The position numbers were made by a program, and so were the translations under genes. Below the pieces are notes generated by a model. That model was not told where the DNA came from and ran no database searches. It saw only the letters and a program-made list of their open reading frames with translations. From positions 1 through 64,000 of the forward strand of contig CAWJPJ010000006.1 in the NCBI GenBank assembly GCA_963844715.1: 64,000 nucleotides of DNA. The letters run 5' to 3'. Of this stretch, positions 47,013-58,209 are shown piece by piece. Each line of letters starts with the position of its first letter. The first letter of the stretch is position 1. The DNA comes from an uncultured Phycisphaerales bacterium. Lineage in GTDB: Bacteria > Planctomycetota > Phycisphaerae > Tepidisphaerales > Tepidisphaeraceae.

Positions 47013-47714
47013 TGCGCGGCTGATAACTCAACAGAAAGTTGCATGGAACTGAACGGATGATGTATACGAAGCGTCACAACACTGGCCGGTTTTGAGCGCC
47101 CATTGATGGCCGGTTTTGGCGCGCCCCGCGACAGTACGACCCCGCCAGCGGCCTGTACATGAACGGCGACGGCACGCGCGATCGGTCGGCGTTTGAGTTT
47201 ATTCAGCGCGATCCGACCAGTGGAGAAAATGCTGATCCGGCGAGCCTGCATACCTACTTGTACGCGGATGCGGATCCGGTCGATGGCAGCGACCCAACTG
47301 GATTCGACGACTATGGTGATGACTTGGAAGTCGGTGGGCCTGACACTGGAAATCTCGGCATAGGAGGACCTGAAGCCACCGTCGGCACTATAGAAATGAC
47401 TCCCGGCGACACATCAGCGTTCCAGACACTCGAATCGCAAGAAGCCACGTGGCGAACTCGGGGATGGGATATAGCAGCCGACATGCTCTATCACTTTTTG
47501 TATGGCCAAGGACAAGATTTAACTTCCCTCCCGAATACGGATATTGCGGAATTAGCAAACGATTCACATTTTGTGGACGTTCTAATTAACGGAATTCAGG
47601 CCCAATATCCGAATGCGATGAACGGAAATCAGATCAACATTCCTACACCCCTGAAGATCAATGCGCGGTTTCTGGCTCTAGACGATCAACTTGCTTGGGC
47701 GTTCGGTAGCCTAA

Positions 47715-48608
47715 GAGCCTCTAACAAAAATGCGAATGGAGCCTGTTCCAACAGATCATTGCCTCACCCACGGTCATGAACGCGGCGTGGATGTCGGGCC
47801 GTTTTTCGTAACGGACTCGCAGTCGGCGATTCTGATGCAACCAACTCAGCGTACGCTCCACCGGCCAGCGGGTTTTGCCAAGACCACTTCCGTGCGGGCG
47901 GTTGCGTCGGGCCAGCAACGGGCGGCTGCCACGCTGACGCAACGCCTTTCGGTGCGGTTCGGAGTGATACGCCCGGTCTCCCTGCACCACCTCGAACCGC
48001 CAGCGCGGCCGGCCCGGTTTGCCCGAGACCTTTGGAATCGCATCGATCAGCGGCAGCAGTTGCGTGATGTCGTGGCGGTTGGCCGCCGTCAGGAGGGCAA
48101 CCATCGGCGTGCCGTTGCCATCGGTCAATACATGGTGCTTGGAACCGTTTTTCCTGCGATCTACCGGGCTCGGACCCGTTTTTTTCCCCCGTGCACGGCC
48201 CGCACGGAAGCAGAATCCACCAAGGCCCGCGACCAGTCGATGGCATTCGACCGCCGCAATCGATTCAGCAATAGTCCGTGCAGCTTCGTCCAAACCCCAC
48301 GATGGTTCCAATCGCGCAGTCGACGCCAGCAACTCATGCCGCTGCCGCATCCCATCTCCTGGGGAAGGTATTCCCACGGAATGCCGGTTTTGAGCACGAA
48401 CAGAATACCCGACAACGCCGCGCGATCGTCCAGCGGCGGCCGGCCGCGCTTTCCTGGACCACTGCGGTGCTTGGGAAGCAGGGGTCGGATCAACTCCCAA
48501 AGCTCGTCGGTCACCAACGGCTTGGTCATAAAGCCCTCCATGGCTAAGACCAAGCCGTATTGTCCGATCAACCATAAACATGGGGAAGTGCATTTTTGTT
48601 AGAGGCTC
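47715..48608 (-). mobile_element. IS5 family element (transposase 47721-48529, likely programmed frameshift)
   Basis: Perfect IR GAGCCTCTAACAAAAATGC; TSD TAA; A7 run joining the two ORFs; GDRAY and RWPVERT motifs. Confidence 0.94.
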
Positions 48609-48939
48609 TAAATATCGAAGCGACAGGTTGGTTTAAAGCGACGAGGGTGCCCAAAAAAGCCGGTTCATATCAATTGCATTATGATCTATCAGTTAAGATA
48701 AGTAAGTTCTATAATTTCTATGCTACCAATTTATGGCATATATTACCGTCGTTTGTCGCCCCGATCGATTATGCATCTGCGTGGACGTTGGAAAACGATG
48801 GTGTGGCCCAGCCGTACAAGGTAAACGTTGACTTCAAAATGAATTCTTAGAACGATTCCAAGGCTGAGGCAGGAGTCCGCCTATTGGCCTGCACAGCGGA
48901 GGCAATTAGGATGCTGCTGCAGTTCCTCCCGATAAAGGC

Positions 48940-49350
48940 ATGTGCGACGCAGAGAGGGCACCGCGCGAATTGAATTTACGTAGAAAAATCATCGCGTCCG
49001 CTATATGCGTTACCGTTCTGGCAATTGTCTGGATGGTCTGGCACTTGCGTACGCGAAATAATGTCATACAAGCGGTCGACGATACGACTGCGGCACCCCT
49101 CCCCATTGAGACCGATATTGACCTCGCATTCGTAGATCTTGCCGATCCGACTTTGAACTATGCCTTATGGAGTCCAGATGTGCCGGGCAACGATATGTTG
49201 GGGGTCACGACGATCTTAAACGTGAGATGGAGCAGACCTTTGCGAATCTTCGTAAGCTCCAAGGGGTACGACAAGGTCCCGGTCATCGTTGACGATGACT
49301 CACCGACTCTGATCATTGTGCCCCTGCACAAGAAAGAGGACACAAAATAA
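48940..49350 (+). CDS. Putative immunity protein of cassette 7 (N-terminal TM)
   Basis: Position after the toxin; hydrophobic segment IIASAICVTVLAIVW. Confidence 0.55.
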   Translation: MCDAERAPRELNLRRKIIASAICVTVLAIVWMVWHLRTRNNVIQAVDDTTAAPLPIETDIDLAFVDLADPTLNYALWSPDVPGNDMLGVTTILNVRWSRPLRIFVSSKGYDKVPVIVDDDSPTLIIVPLHKKEDTK

Positions 49351-49587
49351 CCCGAGGAAGAGTCGAAGAGATCAGGAATGTTGTAGTGTAGCGGCTGTAG
49401 CGGCCCGGCAGCTTGTCGGGCGGTTTTGTTCGCAGGGTGTTAGGTATTTTTGGATACGTGTATGGTGTTCATATATGACACAAGGAACTCAAAATGGGCG
49501 GGAGAGGACTTTTGGGATGCGAATTATCGCCTTGAGTGCGCGGAATCGGCGCGGAACGCTCTTTGACAATTGAGTAAGCATCCTCCG

Positions 49588-50877
49588 TCAGGCGGCGCGT
49601 CGCACGGTGATGTGGACCACCGGCAGCCCAGGATCGCCGCGGCAGTTGACGCGGCGAATGCGGATGTACGGCTTGAGCGGGTCGCGGCAGCGGATAGGGC
49701 CCGGCTCCGGAATCGCGATTCCTTGCCAGGCCTCATCTGGCGTTCTGCCATCCAGGGCGCTGTGCGGCCGATGTTGATTGTACCAGTGCCGATAGTCATC
49801 CAACCGCCGCTGTAGTGCCGGTATCGATAGTCCGCACAGGACGAGGCTCCACCAGATGCGGAAGGTGCGGAACGCACGTTCGATCTTGCCGTTGAGATAA
49901 GGCGCCCGGACGCGGCCTTGGACGTGATGAATGCCGCGGCGCTTCATGTCGGCGTGAAAGCGGCGGCGGAACTGTGGGCCGTGGTCAGTAATGACAAAAT
50001 GCGGCATGCCCTGCTCCTTGGCGGCGCGATGAACCAGGGCGGTCATCTCGCGATGGCACGGCGTGCGCGAATAGATACGTAGATGCAGGAGCCGCCGAGA
50101 AAAGCCGTCGAGGAGGGCGGCAAGCGTAAATTTGAACCAGAGGATGCGGAGGGAAGTAAGGTCCAAATGCCAGACGCGGTTGGGATGCTTAGGCAGGAGC
50201 AGATGGTGTGGCTGAACGCTGGCGATCGCGGCCATGGGCGGCCGCGGCCGGCGCGGCCGCTTTGGAAGCGCTTCTCGGATGACGCGTTGCACCGTGGATC
50301 GGCTGATGGCGATCCCGGCGGCGCACGATATGGCGGGCAATCGAGCGGGTACCCAACTCCGGCTCCGGGCAGAGCCGCTTCAGTTCATGAACCGTCCATC
50401 GGACCAGATCGTCGATGCGGTTCCAGACGACCGCATCGGCGAGGAGTGCACGTTGCCGCGTCCTTCGCTGGCTTTGATCCAGGATCGGACGGTATTGGGA
50501 TGCAGGACAAAACGGCGTGCGGTTTTGCGGATGCTCCAGCCGCGTATGCGAAGGATTTGAAAGATGGCCAATCGCTGCTCAGGACCATAATCGGGTCTTT
50601 TGTGCGGCGGCATTTGATGCCGCTGAGCCCGAAGGATCGCCAGTTCGCGCCGGAGGAGTTCCGACCCAGTCCGGGCATGGTCACGTTGCATCAGCAGACG
50701 CAGGACAGGCGAGGCCGCGGATGCCAGGCGAGTTCGGGCTAACTGATACGCTTGGCTGAGCACGGTAGCGACGGTATCAACAAAGCGCAGGGCATATGCG
50801 GTAGATATCGACGGCACGCGGCGCTCCAGAAGAGGGGTCGGCGCGGGCAATCTAACGGCGCATCGAATGTGGATCAA
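49588..50877 (-). mobile_element. rve/integrase-core DDE transposase (frameshifted or degraded)
   Basis: HTH (SIRKTARRFVLHPNTVRSW); VWHLDLT, ITDHGPQF, NGKIERAF, YNQHRPHSALDGRTP. Confidence 0.78.
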
Positions 50878-50924
50878 AAATGCGATGGGGAAGCGACAAG
50901 ATTACCGTCGACCAGACCGTCGAC

Positions 50925-51185
50925 CTCTACGACGCCGGCGGCAACCTGCTCGAGACACAGCTCCACGATTCAAAGGGCAATCTCCTCAGCGATTCCATCT
51001 ATACGTATACGACGACGAGCGACTTCAACAGTTACGGCGTTCCCGCCGGGCTCTTGATCAGCGAGTCCAGCCTCGGGCCCACCGGCCAGATGGTGCAGCA
51101 GTCGTACAACTCCTACTATGGAAACAATGTCACCGGTTCCAGCCCCAGCTACGTGGCCGGCGAACTGGCCAGTACCATGGACGTG
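50925..51185 (+). pseudogene. Rhs core remnant
   Basis: Homologous to 5566-5850 (YDAGGNLLETQ...SYYGN). Confidence 0.85.
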
Positions 51186-51204
51186 AGCGACGATCGAGCA
51201 AGCT

Positions 51205-51310
51205 CGGTAAATGGTCTTTGAGTACATCGAAGTGTTTTACAATCGCCAGAGACGTCACTCGGCGATAGGCTACAAAAGCCCCGAAGCGTTCGATGCAAGC
51301 CTCAATTCGC
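51205..51310 (+). pseudogene. IS3-family transposase 3' remnant
   Basis: VFEYIEVFYNRQRRHSAIGYKSP. Confidence 0.8.
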
Positions 51311-51597
51311 GGGGAAGCTCATTATTGGAATTGACGCGGTACGTGGGATTCGTAGCCATTATTTTTACTTTTGTCAAAAGTGCCGAGAGCACAACACTAG
51401 CCAGAGCACCAGGTCATGCGTCGGGTGTTCTGTACCGCCTTTTTATACCGTTTTATTACCGGTTTATCTTTTGAATACCGCGATCGCATGCGAATAAACG
51501 CGACGGTATGAGACGAATTGCGAATCGCGCGGATTTTGATAATATGCCCGAAAATCAGGCCATTCCTGAGATTTTCAGTAGCCTTCCTGGAGCTTCC

Positions 51598-51637
51598 GAT
51601 AAGGGCGAGGTCACAAGTTCGAATCTTGTCAGGCCTA
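51598..51637 (+). other. 3' fragment of tRNA-Ile(GAT), probable island att site
   Basis: GAT AAGGGCGAGGTC ACAAG TTCGAAT CTTGT CAGGCCT A: anticodon, T-arm and acceptor 3' strand, with no matching 5' half. Confidence 0.8.
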
Positions 51638-51869
51638 TTGTATTGCTTTTTAAATGCCGGCCATTCACGTGGTTTTCCGCTTGGCACTTCCGACCAATTG
51701 ACACATTTGACTCTGGTTTTGTTCATTCCTAGTGTACGCGGAGTGATGTCGAACCCCACCGCGCGTATTTGCACGTCGTATGCCGCGAATCGGCCGCGCT
51801 CAGGGAAAGAATCGTGCCTTCGATTAGGCGTTGCTGCGATCTGAGCGATTTAGCTCTGGAGAAGCGTTG

Positions 51870-53196
51870 ATGACGTGGGATGTTAGGAAGGCATTTCCGC
51901 CGGGAGGTTGGAGGAAGTGGGCACAACAGTGCGGAGTTTCTGTATTGGCTGGTGTCATCGGGGTGGGTTTATCTGGATGTGACGGTAAGCGCCTGCGGCG
52001 GAGCGCCGCCGCCGGCGGCCGTGACCGTTGCGCTGCCGATACAAAAGGAAGTCGTCGAGTGGGACACCTACACCGGGTACCTGGAAGCCCCCGAGTCGGT
52101 GAGTGTGGCGGCACGGGTCAGCGGATTGATCACGGAAGCGCCATTTGTCGAGGGGTCCATCGTTAAAAAGGGGGACCTGCTGTTTGTGATAGATGATCGG
52201 CCGTTCAAGGCCGATCTGGATGTGAAGCTCGCGGCTGAACAGGTGGCCGAAGCGCAGGCGGCGATCGCCACAATAACCTATAAGCGGTTGCAGGGATTGC
52301 GGAGCAGCGACGCGGTATCGCAACAGGACCTGGACAACGCCAAGGCGGGGATAGATCAGGCCGTTGCCGCGGTGGCAGGCGCGAAGGCGGCGGTGGAGTC
52401 ATCGCGGCTGAATTTGGAGTGGTGCAGGGTGTTGTCCCCGATCGACGGGCGCGTCAGCAATAAGATGGTGACGGTGGGCAATCTGGTCAATGGCGGGCAG
52501 GGCCAGGCAACACAGTTGACGACCATCGAATCGGTGACGCCGATGTATTGCTACGTCGATATCGATGAGCACTCGGTGCTGAAGTATGAAAAACTGGCGG
52601 CGGAGAATAAACGCGTCAACTCCCGCGATGGAACTGTTCCCTGCTACGTTCAACTCAGCGATGAAAGCGGATTTCCGCACCAGGGTGTGATCGACTTCGT
52701 CGACAATCACGTCGATCCGACGACGGGCACGCTGCGCGAACGAGGCGTCCTTGAAAACCGTTCCGGACTGCTCACGCCGGGATTTTTTGCCAGACTGTGC
52801 ATTCCCGGCAGCGGTCGATATCAGGCGTTGCTCGTGCCGGACGATGCCATCGGCAACGATCAGAGCCATCGGAACGTGCTGGTCGTGAATAACAATAACG
52901 TGGTTGAAGCGCGCGTGGTGGAGCCGGGAGCGCTGTTCGGCGGATTGCGATCGATCGTCTCGGGGCTGGGGCCGGAGGATCGCGTCATTATCAACGGGCA
53001 GATGCATGCGCGTCCCGGCGCGACGGTTGCTCCCACGGACGGGACGATACAGGTTGATTCGGCGGCGTTTTCCGACCCTGGGGGGGCCGAGGCGCACACC
53101 ATTCCGTCAACCGACGTGACCCCATCGGATGAGACGACGAATTCGGCCCCTGCCACCCAGCCGACCGCCGATCCCACGACGGGAAGCAGACCATGA
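51870..53196 (+). CDS. RND efflux periplasmic adaptor (frameshift ~51990)
   Basis: Lipobox LSGC in the upstream frame; ARVSG...VKKGDLLFVIDDRP; SPIDGRV; FVDNHVDPTTGT. Confidence 0.92.
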
Positions 53197-56100
53197 AATT
53201 CGCTCACTTTTTCATTGAGCGACCGGTCTTTGCCGGCGTGCTGTCGATCGTCACGATTGTTGTGGGCGCCATTGCCATCTTCACGCTGCCGATCGCGCAA
53301 TATCCGGAAATCGCGCCGCCAACGGTCACGGTGAGCGCGAGTTATCCTGGCGCCAATGCCAAGACCGTCGCCGAGACGGTTGCAACGCCGATCGAGGAAC
53401 AGATCAACGGCGTTGAAGGCATGATTTACATGTCGAGCCAGAGCACGAACGACGGCAACATGAAGTTGACGGTGACGTTCAAGCTGGGGACCAATTTGGA
53501 TATTGCCCAGGTGCAGGTGCAGAATCGTGTCGCGATAGCGATTCCGGTTCTGCCCTCGGATGTGCAGCGGGCGGGGATTGTGGTGAAGAAAGCGTCGCCG
53601 GACATCACGCTCGCGGTGGCGATTTATTCCCCGGACGGCAGCCGCGATCCGCTTTACCTGAGCAATTATGCGACGCTTCAGGTCAAGGATGAACTGGCGC
53701 GATTGCCGGGCGTTGGGGATATCTACATATTCGGAGCCAGGGATTACTCGATGCGCCTGTGGTTGAATCCCAACCAGTTGGCATCCCGCAACCTGACAGT
53801 CGGGGATCTGATTAGTGCGGTGCAGGAGCAGAACGTGCAGGTTGCCGCCGGCATCGTCGGCGGGCCTCCGCTTCCGCGCGGGACCGTGCCGTTTCAATAC
53901 ACCGTGAACGCTCAGGGGCGTTTGGTCGACCCGAAACAGTTTGGCGACATCATCATTAAGACGGGCTCCGATGGGAGGCTGACACGCGTAAAAGATGTGG
54001 TGCGCGTGGAACTGGGGGCGGCGGATTACACGACGACGACACATTTCGATGGCTTGCCCGCCGTAGGCATTCCCATCTTTCAGTTGCCGGGATCCAATTC
54101 CATCGCCACCGCGAACGCGGTTTATAAGAAGATGGAAGAACTGAAGGCGTATTTTCCGAAAGGGGTGGCTTACTCGATCCCTTACGACACAACCATCTTC
54201 GTTCGCGCCAGTATCAAGGACGTGGTCAAGACCCTGTTCGAAGCCGTCGGGCTGGTGGCGCTGGTCGTGCTGGTATTCCTTCAGAGCTGGCGGGCGTCGC
54301 TGGTCCCCCTTCTGGCCATTCCGGTCTCGCTCGTCGGGACCTTCGCCGTGATGGCGATCTTCGGGTTTTCGCTCAATAACCTTTCGCTCTTCGGGCTGGT
54401 GCTGGCGATCGGCATTGTCGTGGACGACGCGATCGTTGTGGTGGAGAACGTGGATCGATGGATCGAGCACGGGCTTTCGCCGCATGAAGCGGCGCACCGG
54501 GCCATGGATGAAGTGACGCCGGCGGTCATCGCGATCGCGTTTGGGCTGACGGCGGTATTCGTTCCGGTCGCGTTCATCAGTGGAATCACCGGACAGTTTT
54601 ACAGACAGTTCGCGCTGACCATTTCATTCTCGACGCTGTTGTCGGCGTTCAATTCGCTTACTCTTAGCCCGGCGCTGGCGGCGCTGATCCTTAAGCCTCA
54701 CGCCGCGAAAAGGGATTGGCTGACCCGCGCCATCGACTTTGTTCTGGGATGGTTCTTTCGCCTGTTTAACGGGGGACTGAACAAGTTCAATGCCGGATAC
54801 GTGCGGACATTGCAGCATGTGGTGCGGCTGTCGGTGGTGGTGCTGGCCGTTTACGTCGGCTTGATCGCTCTAACCTATCTCGGGTTCAAGACGGTGCCTT
54901 TGGGATTCATTCCGCAGCAGGACCAGGGATATCTCATCGCGGCGGCGCAATTGCCTGACGCTTCATCGATCGATCGAACCGACGCGGTGGTCGATCGGAT
55001 GGCCGACATCGCCCGAAAAATACCGGGGATTCACGACACTTTCGGAGTCACGGGATTTAATTTGCTGACCGGGACGAACCAGACGAATACCGCGACGATG
55101 TTTCTGCCGCTGGATGATTTCAGCGAGCGTGCCGGCAAACCGGGGGAATCGGCGGCGGCGCTGACCGGCCGCCTGATGGGGGCGTTCAGCCAGGTCCAGG
55201 AGGCGTTTACGCTGGTTCTGGCGCCGCCGCCGGTGCGCGGGATCGGCCAGGCGGGCGGATTCAAGATGCAGGTGGAAGATCGGTCCGGGCTTTCGACCCC
55301 GCAGGAACTCCAGGCGGCGACCGGCGCGCTGATCGCGGACGCGAGCAAGGATCCGCGCATCACCGCACTATTCAGCACGTTCCGGGCCAACGTCCCGCAG
55401 CTTTACGCGGATGTGGATCGAACCAAGGCCAAGAAGGAAAATGTAGCCGTCACGGATATTTTCCAGGCGCTGCAGGTGTACCTGGGAAGTTATTACATCA
55501 ATGACTTCAACTACCTGGGCAGGACTTTCAAGGTGGTGGCGCAGGCGGACGCTCCGTTTTGCGCTCTTGCTTCGGACGTTGCTCAATTGAAGACCCGCAA
55601 CGGGTTCGGAGCGATGGTGCCGCTGGGGACGGTGATGGAGTTGAAGGACGTGAACGATGCGGACCGGATCAATCGATATGACCTTTATCCGTCGGCGGAA
55701 ATCAACGGCGCCGGCGTGCCTGGGGTCAGCAGCAGGCAGGCGATCGACATCATGGCGGCTTTAGCGCAGAAGGATTTACCCGCCGGATTCACATATGAAT
55801 GGACCGAACTGGCGTATCAGGAAGAGACCGCGGGCAACACGGCGCTCTTCATTTTTCCACTTTGCGTGCTGTTCGTCTTTCTTACCCACTCGGCGGAATA
55901 CGAGAGCTTCGCGCTCTCATCGGCGATTATCCTGATCGTGCCGATGTGCTTGTTGTGCGGCATCGCCGGCGTTCACTTCAGCGGGCGGGATAACAATATC
56001 TTTACTCAGATCGGGTTTGTGGTGCTTGCCGGGATGAGCGTGAAGAACGCCGTGCTGATCGTGGAATTTGCCAAGCAGCAACAGGAACACGATCAGAAAA

Positions 56101-56396
56101 TGCGCGCCGGCGCGGCGGCGATCGAAGCGGCGCGGCTGCGGCTGCGGCCGATTCTGATGACCAGCTTCGCTTTCATCTTCGGCGTCCTGCCGCTGCTGGT
56201 CGCTACCGGGGCCGGGGCTGAAATGCGTCAGGCGCTGGGAACCGTGGTGTTCTACGGAATGATCGGCGTCACGTTCTTCGGCCTGTTTCTTACACCGGTG
56301 TTTTATACGGTTATCCGCAGGCTTGGCGGGGATAAGCCGATTATCGCGCCGGGGGCAGGCAGGCCGCCGGAAGCAAAACCTCCGCCTGAGGCGTGA
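53193..56396 (+). CDS. RND efflux permease (HAE1/AcrB family)
   Basis: FFIERPVFA, GIVVDDAIVVVEN, KNAVLIVEFA, RLRPILMTS. Confidence 0.97.
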   Translation: MKFAHFFIERPVFAGVLSIVTIVVGAIAIFTLPIAQYPEIAPPTVTVSASYPGANAKTVAETVATPIEEQINGVEGMIYMSSQSTNDGNMKLTVTFKLGTNLDIAQVQVQNRVAIAIPVLPSDVQRAGIVVKKASPDITLAVAIYSPDGSRDPLYLSNYATLQVKDELARLPGVGDIYIFGARDYSMRLWLNPNQLASRNLTVGDLISAVQEQNVQVAAGIVGGPPLPRGTVPFQYTVNAQGRLVDPKQFGDIIIKTGSDGRLTRVKDVVRVELGAADYTTTTHFDGLPAVGIPIFQLPGSNSIATANAVYKKMEELKAYFPKGVAYSIPYDTTIFVRASIKDVVKTLFEAVGLVALVVLVFLQSWRASLVPLLAIPVSLVGTFAVMAIFGFSLNNLSLFGLVLAIGIVVDDAIVVVENVDRWIEHGLSPHEAAHRAMDEVTPAVIAIAFGLTAVFVPVAFISGITGQFYRQFALTISFSTLLSAFNSLTLSPALAALILKPHAAKRDWLTRAIDFVLGWFFRLFNGGLNKFNAGYVRTLQHVVRLSVVVLAVYVGLIALTYLGFKTVPLGFIPQQDQGYLIAAAQLPDASSIDRTDAVVDRMADIARKIPGIHDTFGVTGFNLLTGTNQTNTATMFLPLDDFSERAGKPGESAAALTGRLMGAFSQVQEAFTLVLAPPPVRGIGQAGGFKMQVEDRSGLSTPQELQAATGALIADASKDPRITALFSTFRANVPQLYADVDRTKAKKENVAVTDIFQALQVYLGSYYINDFNYLGRTFKVVAQADAPFCALASDVAQLKTRNGFGAMVPLGTVMELKDVNDADRINRYDLYPSAEINGAGVPGVSSRQAIDIMAALAQKDLPAGFTYEWTELAYQEETAGNTALFIFPLCVLFVFLTHSAEYESFALSSAIILIVPMCLLCGIAGVHFSGRDNNIFTQIGFVVLAGMSVKNAVLIVEFAKQQQEHDQKMRAGAAAIEAARLRLRPILMTSFAFIFGVLPLLVATGAGAEMRQALGTVVFYGMIGVTFFGLFLTPVFYTVIRRLGGDKPIIAPGAGRPPEAKPPPEA

Positions 56397-56507
56397 GGTT
56401 GTTTGAGTTCGCTTTCGGGTGCGTCTGATCTGCGCTCCCGTCAAATCTCTGCGTGCAGGGAATCCTATTTGATTTGTGCGGATCATCCGGACAGTTTTGC
56501 GACAATT

Positions 56508-57709
56508 TCAATTCTTCGTCGGCTGCATCGCCGTCCAGGTCGTGGAAGAGGCCGTTGGGTCGTTATTGGGATTGTATTGCGGGTCGTTGCTCATGGTGAT
56601 TGTGCCGTCCGCGCCGGTCCACGCATAACTGTAGATCGTCGGAAGTTTGTAGGTCGTCCCATCGCTGGCTTGCCAGGGGGCGACATCACGCTCGCTGTCG
56701 GCTTCGTTCTCGAACTGGGTGTTCTGGTCGGCCACGTGGTTCCAATAGTCCGCATGCTGCGCGTCGTTCGCCTGGGTTTCTGAACTGATTCTGTTTTCGA
56801 TATTGTTAAAAGTGGTTTGCTGCTGCGCCGCCTGCTGCTGTTGCTGCTGCTGGATCAATTGGTTGAATTTCTGCTGCCAGACTGGGTTTTGCTGGATGGA
56901 TTTGAAGATGACGGCGCTGATGGGGTTGAGCGAGTCGAAAGCGCCGTTGGCAGCGCATCGGGACGAGGCGTTTTGGATTGCCCAATAGCCGCCGCCGAGG
57001 CGCCGGTCGGCCACTGCCGCGACGACCACGGAGACCATTTCCTGCACCGTCTGGCCGTTCGCCTGGTATTGGAATGTTTCTGTTCCGGCCCATGCCGCGA
57101 CTTGATATCTGGGGGCTGGATGAGTCTGAACGACCTGAGCCATCGCCTGCTGGGCAAGCTGCGGCTGTTTCTCCTTGCTCAGGACCGTCGCGTTTGCCAG
57201 GGCAGGGCGATATCGCTGAACGATGAACCGGTCAATGACGTCCCACTGATCCGACGGAAACGGCTCGATTTCGAACCCGCCGACGATCTGCCCGGGTTGA
57301 AATTGTGCGCTGCCCGGCCCGTTTCCTACAGCGCGGAAATGCTGGCTTGGATAAACATAAAACCCGTTCGCATTTTGCGCGTCGCTCCACCCCATTAGAA
57401 CCAGGCCCCGAAAGCCCCGCTTCCAAAGCACGCCACCGTTGACAGTCCAATCGATCGGCATGATGCCGGTAAGGAAGACCGTCCCGGGGAAGCCCTGATT
57501 GTCCGTGACGACGTAGCGCCTTGAGGCGCATGACCGCCGGTTGCGTGGCGGGAGGATTGGCTGGCGTGGGAGCGGACGGGTTGCCGGTCGCGCCGCTGGC
57601 ACCGGGGGCCGGGGTTGCCTGCGCGGGCCGCGGGGGTCAACGAGAGCGGTAAGGCGGCGATCCCCGAACACAAAGCGACTCGAAGAAGGAAGCGGATTGA
57701 GTGTCGCAT
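56508..57709 (-). CDS. Secreted hypothetical protein (frameshift near 5' end)
   Basis: Signal-like MRHSIRFLLRVALCSGIAAL in one frame; long Q-rich body in the 56508 frame. Confidence 0.65.
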
Positions 57710-57825
57710 TAATGGAAGCCCTTTCGGCAGAGTTGAGTGCAGTTGGCGATCCGGAAACCGAATTCACCGGCTCGGGAAAATCGATCTGTCGCGGTTCGGG
57801 CCGATTTCATAATGGTTCGATTTTT

Positions 57826-58209
57826 TTATATCACGGAGTCCGGGTCGATGAACGCCCGGATTCGCTCCATCACGTCGATCAGGAAGTCGTCGTCGCCCAG
57901 CTTGGCCACGAATGTCACCGCTCGATCGCGATAGTCGAGCGACTTAATTTGGTGCGGGTAAAGCCATCCGTCTTGTGTGAGCTTTGAAATCGGAGGCAAT
58001 TTTACCATGAGCTGCTGCCCGGCGAGACGTTGTTCGGCGTGATATTTGGTCGTACCGGGGACGACGATCGCAAATCCGGTTGCCTTGGAAAAGCGCACCG
58101 TGCTGATCACCAGCGCAAAATGAGGACCCGTCAGTTCGCGCCCGGCGGAGGGTGAAAGATTTAAATGAACGATATCGCCCCGCTCGGGATGATAGGTCTC
58201 CCTGCTCAA
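57826..58209 (-). CDS. mazF: MazF/PemK toxin
   Basis: YHPERGDIVHLNLSPSAGRE...HQIKSLDYRDR; TTG start overlapping the antitoxin stop. Confidence 0.88.
   Translation of the reverse strand: MSRETYHPERGDIVHLNLSPSAGRELTGPHFALVISTVRFSKATGFAIVVPGTTKYHAEQRLAGQQLMVKLPPISKLTQDGWLYPHQIKSLDYRDRAVTFVAKLGDDDFLIDVMERIRAFIDPDSVI

Larger units (their letters stand above)
44486..47133 (+). mobile_element. IS21 family element
   Basis: TGTC...GACA ends, repeated AAAACCGGCCA, 7-bp TSD GTACGAC (44479-85, 47134-40). Confidence 0.95.
44120..48850 (+). pseudogene. Orphan Rhs cassette 7, interrupted by IS21 and IS5
   Basis: Core resembles 39731-40230. Removing both IS with one TSD copy each restores AVYDPASG and FGSLNIEATG; DPTG motif present. 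Confidence 0.85.

Noticed and set aside
5652..48850. Diversity-generating retroelement explaining the repeats
   Set aside because: No reverse transcriptase, and no adenine-specific variation noticed between repeats.
51560..51640. Complete tRNA gene
   Set aside because: No 5' acceptor strand or D-arm; treated as an att fragment.
1..57800. Widespread pseudogenisation or programmed frameshifting suggested by split ORFs
   Set aside because: Duplicated genes break at different single-base positions (e.g. ~5588 and ~7375 versus their paralogs), and the backbone RND adaptor is also affected. This fits long-read indel error. Only the IS5 A7 site looks programmed.
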